Shown piece by piece: positions 22,331 to 34,199 of a stretch of DNA of 64,000 nt; position 1 is the first letter of the stretch; every line of letters begins with the position of its first letter. The position numbers and the translations under genes are program-made. Origin of the DNA: Psammoneis japonica (Eukaryota); contig QPGO01000145.1 of the NCBI GenBank assembly GCA_008632985.1, positions 124,001-188,000 of the forward strand. Direction: 5' to 3'. The notes beneath the pieces are model-generated. The model was not told the origin of the DNA. It ran no database searches and saw only the letters and a program-made list of their open reading frames with translations.

Positions 22331-24750
22331 ATGAGGGTTCTCAGTGGTTTAGTAGCTGCCGCCATGGCACTGCTGTCAATGAATTCTTGTAGTGCGTTTA
22401 GCAGCACACCGTTTGGTGTTGGTCGATCGTCGTCCTCGGCTCGCACCATGTCGGCGGTTGCGGATGCACCTGTCGAATCCGCAACTGGAAATAACTTGGG
22501 AGACAAAATCAGGTTAGTTTTTTTTCGTTTGTCGAACATCCATGTGTTTCGGAATTTTTGGGGCGCTCGTTCTCACTCTGTACTCTGTCCCTGCTTTGCA
22601 AATTCTGGTTTCGACAGAAATATTGCCATTATTGCACACGTCGATCACGGCAAGACGACTCTTACCGACGCTCTCATTCGTGAATCGGGTGTTTTTCGGG
22701 ATGAAGAACAGAGTGAGGAAGCCGGAAGTTGTATCATGGACAATGAAGATCAGGAACGGGAACGTGGTATTACCATTCTAGCCAAAAACTTGGCCGTTGT
22801 ACGAAACGGAGTCAAAATTAACATTATGGACACACCAGGTGAGCCTGTTTTGTAATTCTTAGTGGAAAGATGCTCACATTAACATTATCGATACACCAGG
22901 TCACGTTGCTGTGCATTTGTCGAGTCTAATATACTTTTTTCCGTCTTAATCCAGGTCACGCTGACTTTGGTGGCGAGGTAGAACGTGTTCTCAACATGGC
23001 GGATGGTGTTTTGCTCGTCGTGGACAGTGTCGAGGGGCCCAAGCCTCAGACGCGATTTGTGTTGGACAAGGCGCTCCAAAAGGGAATGAAGGCTCTAGTC
23101 GTGGTGAACAAGATTGACCGTCCGGCGGCTCGTCCCGATCACGTTGTGGATATGGTGTTTGACTTGTTTGTGGAGCTTGGTGCTTCCGATGAACAGACCG
23201 ACTTTCGTGTCGTGTACGCTTCCGGTTTGCAGGGAAAATCTGGAGACGATCCCAGCGAGCTCCAAGACAACATGGGACCGCTCTTTGATGCCATTATGGA
23301 GTCCATTGATCCTCCTACAATCGAAACGACCGAACCCGATGCCCTTCAGGCGTTGGTTTCCAACATTGTCTTTGATCCGTTCAAGGGAAAAATGGGAATT
23401 GCCCGTGTTACCAACGGATCAGTCAAGAACGGTCAAGCTGTTGCCTTGGCCCACCCAGACAAGGAAAAGAAGACCGGTCGTGTGGTGAGTTATGCCTCCT
23501 TGTGAGTTGCTTGTTGATTTTTTATCCTGTACGATATTCTTACAATTTCCGTCAAAACGATCTGCAATATTTAGGGCACACTGTTTGTGTTTGACAATCT
23601 CGGTCAAAAGGAAGTGGACGAAGCCGCTGCGGGTGAAATTATCATGTTTGCCGGGCTCAACGACGTGGAGATTGGTGATACATTGGTGACAAACGAAAAC
23701 GCGGGTGCCAACGCTGCCGACCCTCTCCCTCCAATTGCCGTGGAACAGCCCACGGTTCGAATGACGCTTGGAGTCAACAAGTCTCCACTCGCCGGACGGG
23801 AAGGAAAATTCTTGACGAGCCGCATGATTCGTGATCGTCTCTTTAAGGAATTGGACCGTAACGTTGCTTTGCAGGTTGCCGAAACGGACTCGGCCGATCG
23901 ATATGAAGTTTCTGGACGTGGTCAGCTTCATTTGACGGTCTTGATTGAAACCATGCGTCGTGAAGGATTTGAACTCGAGGTCGGTCCGCCCTCTGTGATT
24001 TACAAGGAGAATGAAGAAACGGGCGAAATCGAAGAGCCATGGGAAATGGTCGAAGTGCGTGTTCCAGAAGAATATGTTGGCGGTATTGTCGATTTGCTCA
24101 ATCAACGCAAGGGAGAGCTCCAAGATATGGGACTCGAAGAAGGTGAAGGCATGAGCGTTGTCAAGTACCTTGTTCCTACTCGCGGAATGTTGGGTCTCCG
24201 TTCTGCCGCCCTGACGGCTACACGAGGAACCGCCATTCTCGACAGTGTTTTCGACTCGTACCGACCGAAAATCTCTGGTGAAATTCAGGGACGTGATAAG
24301 GGATCTCTCTTGGCATTTGCTGACGGCCCCACTACATCATTTGGAATTGAAGGAGCTCAGGACCGTGGCAAATTGTTTGTCAAGCCTGGTGAAGACGTGT
24401 ACAAGGGCATGATGTACGTTACTGAGACTGCGGGTATCGGATTCGGACGTTAAAAGAAACGTGTATCTCACCTCTGTTTTCCCTTCTCCTTATTTTTCTA
24501 TGACAGTGTCGGCATGCACCAACGTCCCGGTGATTTGGAAGTCAACGTTTGCAAGACAAAGGCTCTTACCAATATGCGATCTGCCACCAAAGGCATTACC
24601 ACTGGTATTATAGCACCCATTGAAATGTCCTTGGATGCGTCGGTCGAATACCTTGCCGCAGACGAAGTCCTCGAAGTGACACCGTCCCTCTTTCGCATGG
24701 CCAAGAATCCTCAAATGGCTGGAAAGAAGAACAAGGGAAAGAAGAAATAG
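22331..24750 (+). CDS. typA: Plastid-targeted TypA/BipA translational GTPase, 5 exons (introns 22513-22617, 22839-22954, 23485-23574, 24414-24506)
   Basis: [69 protein letters not shown] introns restore the frame; signal peptide ending SA-F. Confidence 0.95.
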
Positions 24751-25004
24751 ATATCATGCGAATGCGCATTCATTTTTGGGTTACTCTGTAAATTTTTTGA
24801 AAATATAGAGGCACATTGTTTTGTTTGTTTCAACACCGATTCAGCTACGGCAACTCCTACGCATAAATCAAAAAGCTAGCTAGGTTCGTTTTCACTCACA
24901 CTACTACAATACTTTATCCTAAACGTCTGGCCAGTCCAAACCACCTCGACAGGTGTCCCACACAACACAACCTACATCATCATTAAAACTACTCGCTGTC
25001 GTTT

Positions 25005-26471
25005 TCATTTCTTCGCCTTCCTGCCCTTCTTTTCTCCCTTTGTCATTTCCATGGAAGGCCGGACAAAGGGGAAAAAGTCAATTCCTCCCATAAAAGGTTG
25101 CAACACCTCGGGCACCTTGACACCCTCGGGTGTTTGATTATTCTCCAAGAGACAACAAATACCCCGCCCCGTGGCACAAAGGGTGGAATTCAAAAAGTGC
25201 ACATAGGACGCTCGCGCATTCAAGTCACTCTTTTCATTGGCCTTTTTCGTGCCACACCGTGTTCCGACACCGCGTGCTTGAAAGTCGGTGCAATTGGAAC
25301 AACTCACCAACTCACGGTAGGCTTGCTGTCCGGGGAACCACGCTTCCAAGTCGTACTTTTTGACCGCCGCATCATTGAGCTCGTGCGAAACCAAACACAC
25401 AACGCGGTAGGGAAAACCAAGACTCTGATAAAAGTCTTCTGCCGCTTGAAGCATGCGTTTTTGTTCCTTTTGGGACTCTTCAAAGTCATCCACGGTAACA
25501 CAGAATTGTTCAATCTTTTCAAATTGATGAACACGAAAGATACCACGAATATCCTTGCCGTGACTTCCGGCTTCTTTGCGAAAACACGTCGACACACCGG
25601 CATAACGATAGGGAAGTTCCTTTTCCGGAATCCATTCGTTGCGATGATAGGCACAAATGGGTTGTTCCGACGTGGCAATGAGATACTTTTCATTGCTCTT
25701 TTCCGAGCCATCATCGGTTTTACCCGAAACCTTGTAGAGTTGTTCATCAAAGTCTTCGAGTTGAGCAATACCCGCCATGACCTCCTTGTTCATCATGTAG
25801 GGTGGTTGCAACACCTTGTATCCGCGTTGACGCAAAAAGGCAATGCCATAATTGATGAGCGCTTGATTGAGCAAGACGCCCGCATCCGTTAAAAAGTAAG
25901 CACGGTGTCCCGCCACTTGTTGTCCACGAACGGGTTCAAAGCCACCAATGCGCCACAACAAATCGTCATGCGTCATGGGTTTGGTTTCGGGAAGCGTGTA
26001 TTGAATCTGCCCAAGAGGACACGGCAACGTCGACGGCGTCACGCCCGAATCGCCCTCGAGGGGCTCTGGATAGAGCGCCACCACGAGATTGTCCTCGTCC
26101 TCGTTGTTACTAATGGGCACTTCGGGATCGACGATATTTCCAATTCTCGCTAAAAGCGCATCGCGCTGTTGCGCAATTTCCGGAAGCTGCGCTTCAATCG
26201 CCTTGATTTCTTCCTTTTTCGCCTTCATTTCCGCCACGGCTTCGTCGCAATTTTCTTTTGCCTTTTTCTTGGGTGCAATCACTTCTCGTTGCAATTTGCC
26301 AACCTGACGACGCAACTCGTCGCCTTGTTTGGTGAGATTGCGCCACTCTTCATCACGCTCCAACACTTCATCGACCCATTCCGGTGGCTTGAATCGCATC
26401 TTCATGTACTCCTTGTACTTGTCGGGATTCCCGCCCTTGTACGAACGAAGCTCATTAATGTCAATCGGCAT
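25005..26471 (-). CDS. SARS: Cytosolic-type seryl-tRNA synthetase
   Basis: YLIATSEQP, STCFRKEAGSHG, GIFRVHQFEKIEQF, ELVSCSNCTDFQ, LNSTLCA. Confidence 0.97.
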   Translation of the reverse strand: MPIDINELRSYKGGNPDKYKEYMKMRFKPPEWVDEVLERDEEWRNLTKQGDELRRQVGKLQREVIAPKKKAKENCDEAVAEMKAKKEEIKAIEAQLPEIAQQRDALLARIGNIVDPEVPISNNEDEDNLVVALYPEPLEGDSGVTPSTLPCPLGQIQYTLPETKPMTHDDLLWRIGGFEPVRGQQVAGHRAYFLTDAGVLLNQALINYGIAFLRQRGYKVLQPPYMMNKEVMAGIAQLEDFDEQLYKVSGKTDDGSEKSNEKYLIATSEQPICAYHRNEWIPEKELPYRYAGVSTCFRKEAGSHGKDIRGIFRVHQFEKIEQFCVTVDDFEESQKEQKRMLQAAEDFYQSLGFPYRVVCLVSHELNDAAVKKYDLEAWFPGQQAYRELVSCSNCTDFQARGVGTRCGTKKANEKSDLNARASYVHFLNSTLCATGRGICCLLENNQTPEGVKVPEVLQPFMGGIDFFPFVRPSMEMTKGEKKGRKAKK

Positions 26472-26799
26472 GGTGTTGTTTTTATGATAATAGAGGAGAA
26501 CTTGAACAGCAACACCAACAATGCTGGTCTAACTTCCCAAACGTGAGCTGGGTTTCTCGTTGTGTGAGAACAAACAGAAATTCCAACGCATGTCGACCGC
26601 ACAATTTTTTTCCCGCGCAAAATCGCGCACTAAGATCGCGCGGACTAAGATTTTCCCGCGTAAATTTGAAAAATTTAAACGTCACATCCGGGTATCTTTT
26701 CAACTTCAACGAAAATTACTTCCACGCGTTCCACGGATGTTTTCGGCATTTTCAATTTGGTGATTGCTGTGAACCAACAACAAACCAACAACAACAACA

Positions 26800-28906
26800 A
26801 TGACTACCGAAGCAAATGATATTCCCTTTTATCTCATGCCCGTGGCGGCCGTCTTTGGCATGTACACGATTGTCGGTTCCATTCGGGCTGTATACTTGCT
26901 GTACGCCAATCTCAAAACAAAAGAGGGAGACATTCCTCCGGCGACGTCGTTGAAATCCAAGGCATATTCTCTACTGGTAATTTCAGTGCTACTCTCTGCC
27001 GTGGCATACGCCAAGGTGGTGGCCATGGTAGAAAACGCCGTGGCCGAATCGGATCATGCTCTGTTTGACCCGTACGACATTTTGAAATTGCCCGACAGCA
27101 CCACCAACACGACCGTCATTAAACAAGCCTACCGAGAGCTTTCGAAAAAGCACCATCCCGACAAGGGCGGAAGTGAAGCGGTGTTTCATAAAATCAATCT
27201 CGCCTATCGTGCCCTGACGGACGATAAAGAAAATTGGCAACGCTACGGACATCCCGATGGACCCGTGCAGACGCATTCGCTCACCTTTGCCCTGCCCGAA
27301 TGGCTGCTCCATCCCGAGGGCAAGACGGCGGCGATTTTGCTCGTGTTGTATTTGGGCATGTTTGTGGGATTAATTTATTGGGTCATCCGATATGCCACGA
27401 CTCAAGAGCAAAAGGCTACCAAATTGGAAATGGACAATTCGGTGGCGGGAGCCGATTTGGCCTATTTGGCATCGAATCTGTCGCCCGATAGCAGTCCCTT
27501 TGATATCTTGTGTTTGATTGCCACGACTCCGGAAAACATGGAACGCACACAGCAAAGTCTCGACAAGGCGGAGCAATTGAAAAAGGAAAAATTACAAAAG
27601 CGTTCGACCCAAAAAGATGAATTTGATTTGGGCGGTGGATGGGCCGATGATGACGAAGAAGAAGATACGGCAGCCGCAGAAGCCAAGATGGCCAAGGAAC
27701 GGGCCGAGCGGATTGCCAATGCCACGGGAACCAAGGAAGTATTGATGGAGGGTGTTGACGAAGGTGTCTTGGGACAACAATGGGTTCAAAATGCACTGGC
27801 AAAAAAGCAACAGTGGCCACCCAAACATATCGACGTGCTAAAGGGCAGAACCTACAAGACCAAGGACGGCAAGGTGGTGGATGCCATGGAGCACCCAGCT
27901 ATTCGACGAAACTTGTGCATGACCATGGGACGGCTCAATGCTCCCTATCTCAATACTCACCCCGAATTATGTGAGTGCATCTTGCGCGCGTGTGCGACTG
28001 TGTAAGTCGTCGTGGTGCCCGCAATTCTCACTCTTTACACTCACCTTTCTCTCTTTTATAGTGGAAGCTGGTTCCAAGAAATTGGTGGATGGCACGTACT
28101 TTTCGTCCACAATTGAATACCGCAACCGCGTTGGTATGCTCTTGGAGGCATCGTTACGGATTGCCATGCAAACCAAATCCTATCGTCTCGCCAAGACCAT
28201 TATCGAAACGGTCGTCATGTTCAAGATTGGAACCGTGTCGGTGCACAACAAGAATGTCATTAAGGAATTTCAACAAGGCATGATGAAAAAGTACGGCGGG
28301 GAGGATGGTGTCCCAAAGCTAAGTGTTAACTCGTGCCGTGTCTACACACCCGATGAGGAGGAGATTGCGACGGAGGATACGTGTGCGCTTGAGATTGATA
28401 TGGAACGTTTGCACGCGGAGAACTTTACCAAGCAAAAGGTTCAAATGTGTCAAGAACAAGGCATTCCTGTTCAAGTTGCACTCAAGAGTTATCGAGAGGG
28501 ATGGTGGATTTTGGTACGAGCGAAACGCACGGATGGAAAAGAAAAGGTGCACGATGAAGAAGATGAGGATTTGCCAGACAACAATAGTCTCTTGGCACAA
28601 GCCCTCCGAGACGGTGTCCGTGAGCGTTTTTCGGGTGAAACGGGTGAGAACCGTCTGGTCACGGCGTGGCCCTTGATTGTGCAGAATGTGTCACAAAAGG
28701 GTGGTAAACTCAATGTGCGGTTTCGAGCACCATCCGAACCCGGCAAGTACCGTTACTTTGTAGCCATCAAGAGTCAAGAATTCTTGGGAGCCGACCAGGA
28801 ACACACGGTGGACGCGGTTGTGGTGGATGCCGCCAGTATTACTCGGGTCGAGGACGAAGTGAGTGACGGGGAAGAAGAAGGAGACGAAGGAAAGAAAGAA
28901 AAGTAA
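26800..28906 (+). CDS. SEC63: Sec63-like ER translocon J-domain protein, 2 exons (intron 27971-28061)
   Basis: TM segments, J-domain FDPYDIL...YRELSKKHHPDKGG, NWQRYGHPDGP, FALPEWL, C-terminal YREGWW...FRAP..PGKY...SQEFLGADQ and an acidic tail. Confidence 0.88.
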
Positions 28907-31730
28907 TTTTTTAATTACATTATGCATGACTTGGGGCTTCTACTTGATGTAGTACTTGCACAAGTATCATTTTTTTCTCCCTCTCTTGATAGATGCTTTC
29001 GAGTTCTTCGTGGGGGTCTCGGCTGTAAGGTTACGAACAACGTTTCAACGACTCACCTTTCGAGAGTGATTCTTCTTCCGCCGTTTCGGTACTGGCAGTA
29101 GCGCAGAATTATTCAGCCTTTCAGGAAGAACTCGTGTTGGATTTGTCGCAATAACAGCTTGAAAGAGTTGTTGATATGGTTGGTTCTAGTCCCGGCACCT
29201 GTCTGCCTGTACGAACTCCCTCTCAAGTTCAAACTGTCCCTATACCATTTTCCTTTCGATGACGATTTCAGGCTTACATCCGGAAACTTAACCGCATATT
29301 GGAGAGCCTACGGGTAGCTGCGCCTCAATCAGAGGAAAGGCAGTCAAAGTACTGCGCAAGCAGCTCAGGCGCCGACTGCGTTCTTATTTGGTATTTTGCA
29401 ATGGAGTATTCGCTCAAATACTTCCCTTCATTGTCTGTTTCATATGGACATTATACTTTTATTTGGTCTGTACATTCTTTCTTGCACTTGTAGACATTGT
29501 TCTTAGACCTCAAAGTATTACGCAATATTCAAAGCCGGCTCTCTGTCTCTTGCAACGTTAATTCGTGGTTCGTCGTCGAGCAATGAAAAACGATGCACTA
29601 TTGTCTCCGTAGTTGTCTTCATACCACGCCGCCCGTATCCACAGGTCTCCTTCTTCAAAGAAAAAGACCGGAGGGCTTGGTGTCCAGGGTCTCGCATATT
29701 CATTCACTAGGGAAACAAGACCGGGGTCAAGTCCCAAGTGTCTAATCATCCATGAGTTTTCCGGCTTTTGCCGTTGCAGGTAGGCCTCAGCTTCTTCGGC
29801 ACTATCGAATCTCGGAATAAAGCCATTGCGCCTTTCGTCATCGCCATATCTTGCAAGTTTGTGTTCCTCGAGAATCCATCGGCACGCAACGCGCTTGTCC
29901 AACACCTGAATGCATCCTTCCGCTCCATATTCGGTTTCCCAATCCGCCGGGAACTTGACGATATTGAAACCAATGCTGTTATTAGCTCTGGAGATTTCTT
30001 CGAAGCTAAAGTTCGGTCGTTCCCATCCTTCATCTATATCTTCGTTGGCAAACACAACACATCCACTCAAGTTCTCCTCATCGCGAGATAGAGTCAATGT
30101 TGCATCGACCTTACATTGCACTCCGCCTTCACCACTGCCCCAAAAACCATGATGGTAAATCACATCATACTCTCCGACAAGAGTGTCAGGCATGGGTAAG
30201 GTGGACTGATAATCACACAAGTCTTCTGGAAATTCAAAAGACCTTGGGTATTTGTGCATTCTCAATTCCTGCCACTTACTCTCCCTTCTTTCAATTTCCT
30301 CAAGTCTTGCCTTCTCTGCTCTGTGACAATCTTCTTCTTCTTTAGGATAACACTCAAGGCACTTTCCACAAGACTCGCCTTGCTCAATGCATTCAAGCTC
30401 ATCTTCCGACATGGAACTGTCGGAACTAAAGCCACAGTCGTGATGATGCCTTTCTTCAAAGATGCTGCCTTTTCCGCCGGCCCATTGAAAGGCAGAAAAC
30501 TCTTCTTTCGCTTTCGTAAGGCCACAGCCACTGCATTTTCTGGGTCGAGACAGTAGCTCATCCTTTTTCGCTTTTCGCTCGGCCTTTTTGGCTTTTTCCT
30601 CGGCTTTTCGCTCGGCCTCTCTGGCCTCTTGCTCTTGGTTCCAACAACCACGACACATGGCGTCCTGGCCCTCGCTTGCCAGTTTGCGTTGGGCTTTCGT
30701 AAAGCTGCTCTGTTTGGTGGCACAAACACAACATAGCATCATGTCTCGCGTCTCCCAACAACCACGACACATGGCCTTCTTTCCCTCGTTTGCCAGTTTG
30801 CGTTGGGCTTTCGTAAAGTCGCTCTGCTCGGTGGCGCAAACACTGCACAGAATCTTTTCCTTACTCGCGCCATTGGCACCTCGGCTTGTCTTTTGCTTCT
30901 CTTGCTCCCAACAACCACGACACATGGCCTTCTTTCCCTCGTTTGCCAGTTTGCGTTGGGCTTTCGTAAAGTCGCTCTGCTCGGTGGCACAAACACTGCA
31001 GAGAATCTTTTCCTCACTCGCGCCGTAAGCGTCTCGGCTTGTCTTTTGCTTCTTTTTGGTTTGACTCTCAGCAGCTGCTGTAGCAACGTCCGGTCGCTTG
31101 TTCTTTCGTTCGCTCATGGTGGTGTTGTAAGGTGCGGTGCTTTATCACAGCAGGGGGGTCAGGATTTGGATTGCCGGTGCGGCTGTACCATCATGCCCGG
31201 CATTATCGTACCGGCCGGTGCCGGTACGGTACAGGAGGATTTCGAATCTCTGACTTTACCGGTATTCAGTACCGGGTAGGTAGGTATGCGGGGAATGGCG
31301 CCAAAAGAGCGAGAGGCGGCACGCATTTTTCGTGGCTTATTTTTGGCGGGAAAATTTTTGAATGACACATGTCCGAATCAACAATCAACCGTCAAGAAAC
31401 GTCTTTTAATGACACATGCTTAAAACAGGTGACGTGATGTGACCAAATGGGACAAGCGATTTTTGAAGGGGAAAACTTCGTAAACACAATGTCATCCAAA
31501 AATTCAAACACGCAAAATCGCCACAGTTCACAAAATCTCTAGTTCTGAGGGCTTGCTCTCCCACCATCCCCTCCTTCAAATCTTCCTTGTCATTGTGGCC
31601 ACAAGCAGTGCCAGCACCAGCCAAGCCAGCAACAAAGCCCCTTTCTCCCTCCTTGCCTTCTCAGCCACAGTGCTGAGAGTGCCTGTGGTGGCTTGGTCAG
31701 CAGGGGGGTGGTGAGCTGCCCTTGATGAAG
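28708..31730. repeat. Left (mostly intact) arm of a large inverted duplication
   Basis: Its reverse complement matches, in order, 37005-37480, 46700-48305, 56178-56650 and 61694-61716. Confidence 0.85.
29558..31117 (-). CDS. Hypothetical protein with tandem CxxC-x-F-x-x-x-Q-x-CxxC zinc-finger repeats (Stc1-like, tentative)
   Basis: 519-aa intact ORF with normal Tyr content. Three near-identical CSVCATEQSDFTKAQRKLANEGKKAMCRGC repeats, plus CSGCGLTKAKEEFSAFQW...CLEC. Confidence 0.75.
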   Translation of the reverse strand: MSERKNKRPDVATAAAESQTKKKQKTSRDAYGASEEKILCSVCATEQSDFTKAQRKLANEGKKAMCRGCWEQEKQKTSRGANGASKEKILCSVCATEQSDFTKAQRKLANEGKKAMCRGCWETRDMMLCCVCATKQSSFTKAQRKLASEGQDAMCRGCWNQEQEAREAERKAEEKAKKAERKAKKDELLSRPRKCSGCGLTKAKEEFSAFQWAGGKGSIFEERHHHDCGFSSDSSMSEDELECIEQGESCGKCLECYPKEEEDCHRAEKARLEEIERRESKWQELRMHKYPRSFEFPEDLCDYQSTLPMPDTLVGEYDVIYHHGFWGSGEGGVQCKVDATLTLSRDEENLSGCVVFANEDIDEGWERPNFSFEEISRANNSIGFNIVKFPADWETEYGAEGCIQVLDKRVACRWILEEHKLARYGDDERRNGFIPRFDSAEEAEAYLQRQKPENSWMIRHLGLDPGLVSLVNEYARPWTPSPPVFFFEEGDLWIRAAWYEDNYGDNSASFFIARRRTTN

Positions 31731-34199
31731 GCACCAGTCGCACAAGCCGTCTGCTGAAGAGCTTTGCCGAAGGCTCAAAAGCAGCCCCCTCACACTTTTA
31801 GATGGGGTGCACTGCCTTGTTGTTGGCATGCTGAAGTGACTCATTGGCTCTGCTTGGTGCTGCAAGCGAGTGCTTTGATGGGCTCATCCTTGTCTTTTTT
31901 TCATTGCATGCAAAGCACCAGGGGGGCAAGCTCCAGGGTGAAGACCCCTTGCAAATGATGCATCAGCAAGCAAACAACAAGCTGGGTGGCATGTGGCACC
32001 AGCACTGGGCTCTCACCTAAAAGAGTGTTGGCAATGCCAAACAAAGCAGCTGCAAATGGAAATCCGGCTGTGCTGGCACCCGGGGTTTTGCGCTTGCAAA
32101 GCCCAAATGGATGCACGCGGCATCTCTGCAGGCACCAGGGGGGGGGGGGGGCAACATTTTGAAATGGCAACGTGTGCACAGTTGAAGGGGGTGAGGCACT
32201 TTAAGTGCACTGGCACAATTTCTGGTGGACAGGAGCAGTGCACTGACAAGTGAATTTTGACTTTTTTTTGTCATCAAGCAGATTTTGTCCAAAGGGTCAT
32301 TCAAAAATTCGAGAGGCGCGCCATGTTTGCAAGATGGAAAACACACCCTTGACAAAGAGAAACCCACTCTCTTGGTGAGTCAAGCTTGAACAAGATGCTG
32401 AAGAAGTGCAAGCCAGACACAACGTCAGGGAAAGAACAAAAAGACCGGGGCAAAGCAGGCTCTGACCAGTTGTGACTGGTTCTATCGCAGAGTGTGAGCC
32501 CATGTGGAGGCTTCTTTGTGACTTCTTCTTCACCTTGTTGGTGACTCTGAAAAAGTGCCATGCTGCTGGCATGTGACTTGTGTCCATCAGATTGTCCTTT
32601 TCCTTTGAATTTGGATGCAGCAATCCAGTTTGCTCAGCTCAAGACAAAACAACAAGGCAAACCCCTGCTTCACAACCACACAAATGCTCCAGCAAAGGAC
32701 CAGCATGGAAACCCCATCACCTGCACACTGGTGATTGGAAAAGCCACTCTTTCATTGGGCTCTTCCGTGCTGCCACGAGCAAGCTTCACATGCACACTGC
32801 AAAACAACCAATGGCAAGTGCCAAGAAATGTGTGCTGATTGTTGTGAGATTGGCAGGAGAAAGCCCAAAAGGGTGCATGTGCTGGATGCCGCAAACACAC
32901 TGATGCTGATCTCCTTTTCTGGTGTCATGGAAGTTACGCCAAACATGAAAATTTCAAGACTGCACAATTGACCAATGGCAAGACTGTGCTTCGAAGTGCT
33001 TTTGCATTCTTGCCGGGCAAGGTGTGGGCCATTCAAGACTGCTGTTTGTCACATGATGACAAGTGTCATCTCATGATTTGGTTGTCATCATTGTGGGCAC
33101 AAAGTCATTTCTCATGCTGTGAAGAGGTTTTGGAGATGATGGTTGAGAAGTTTGTCACCGAGCACTTCCAAGTGTTAGAAAATGCCATCAAGGGTCTTTG
33201 TCACTGAGCACTTCCAAGTGTTGGAAAATGCTGTCAAGGTCTTTGCACCAAAATCTGTGGCAAGCATGACAAGAAGGATCTTCATTCATGATTTGGGACG
33301 ATGAAATGTCCTAAATTCTTGGGAACCATTGCCACTCTTATTTGGGTGTGTTGTTTCAGCATCAAGTCAGACAAGTTGTTTCCCACAAGAGACGAGTTGG
33401 AGCTCAACAAGGAACATCATGAAAAAAAATTCCATGCAACTTGCTCCTGGATTTTTTTGAGTTTGCTTGCAAAACCACTCTGGGAAGGGATGTTAACAAG
33501 ATGTCAAATGACATCATTGGAACACATGTTCTTGAAGGACCAGCTTTGCATTTGCTGAATGGTGCTCTACAAAGGACAAAGATGCTCACTGTGTTGGCAA
33601 ATGGGAACCCATCCACATGAAGCATCTTTCTTTGTTTGCATCCATCATGGCAACTCTGCCAGATGCCAAAAGCCTCTGCCAAAACTTGCTGATTGGCACA
33701 TCACAGAAGTGCTTGGTGTGCAGCAGAGCAGCTAATTGACCACCAAGCAACTGTGCACAAAAGCTGCATCATGCACCCCAGACTTGTCTAATGAAGAAGA
33801 AATGAAGCAGTTCTTGATTCGTGAGCTTGGATCCAGCAAGGCAGAGGTGTGGCAATGCAAGTGCATGACAAGTCTGCTGCAGAAAGAGTGCATGCTGCAC
33901 AGTCTACAAGTGTTGAATTGCTTGCCAATGCCAAAAGTGCAGGTGAGAAAAGAGCTGCTTCTGACCCAGCTCAAGGTGAAAAGAATGCCAAATGAACCAA
34001 GCCCATCAGTGACACCATCGCACAGTTTGATCACGACTGCCAATCTGAATTTAAATCCACCAAGGATGCTGCTGTCAAGCTTTTTTCAGGCATTTTTTGA
34101 CACACACCAGGATGTGAAGGATCAGGTGCATGCCAGCAAGTCCTTGGAAGATCCCAACAAAAACAAAACCCAAAGTCTAATTTTTAAGTGCTGCTGCGC

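Noticed and set aside
13652..26546. Long antisense ORFs over MDR, LHCX, TypA and SerRS (e.g. 19826-20557, 23419-24123, 25098-25892)
   Set aside because: They are codon-bias shadows of the real genes on the opposite strand.
33150..33248. ~46-bp tandem duplication
   Set aside because: A local slippage event inside a TE relic. It is notable only for the same TA/TG and CG/TG differences between units.
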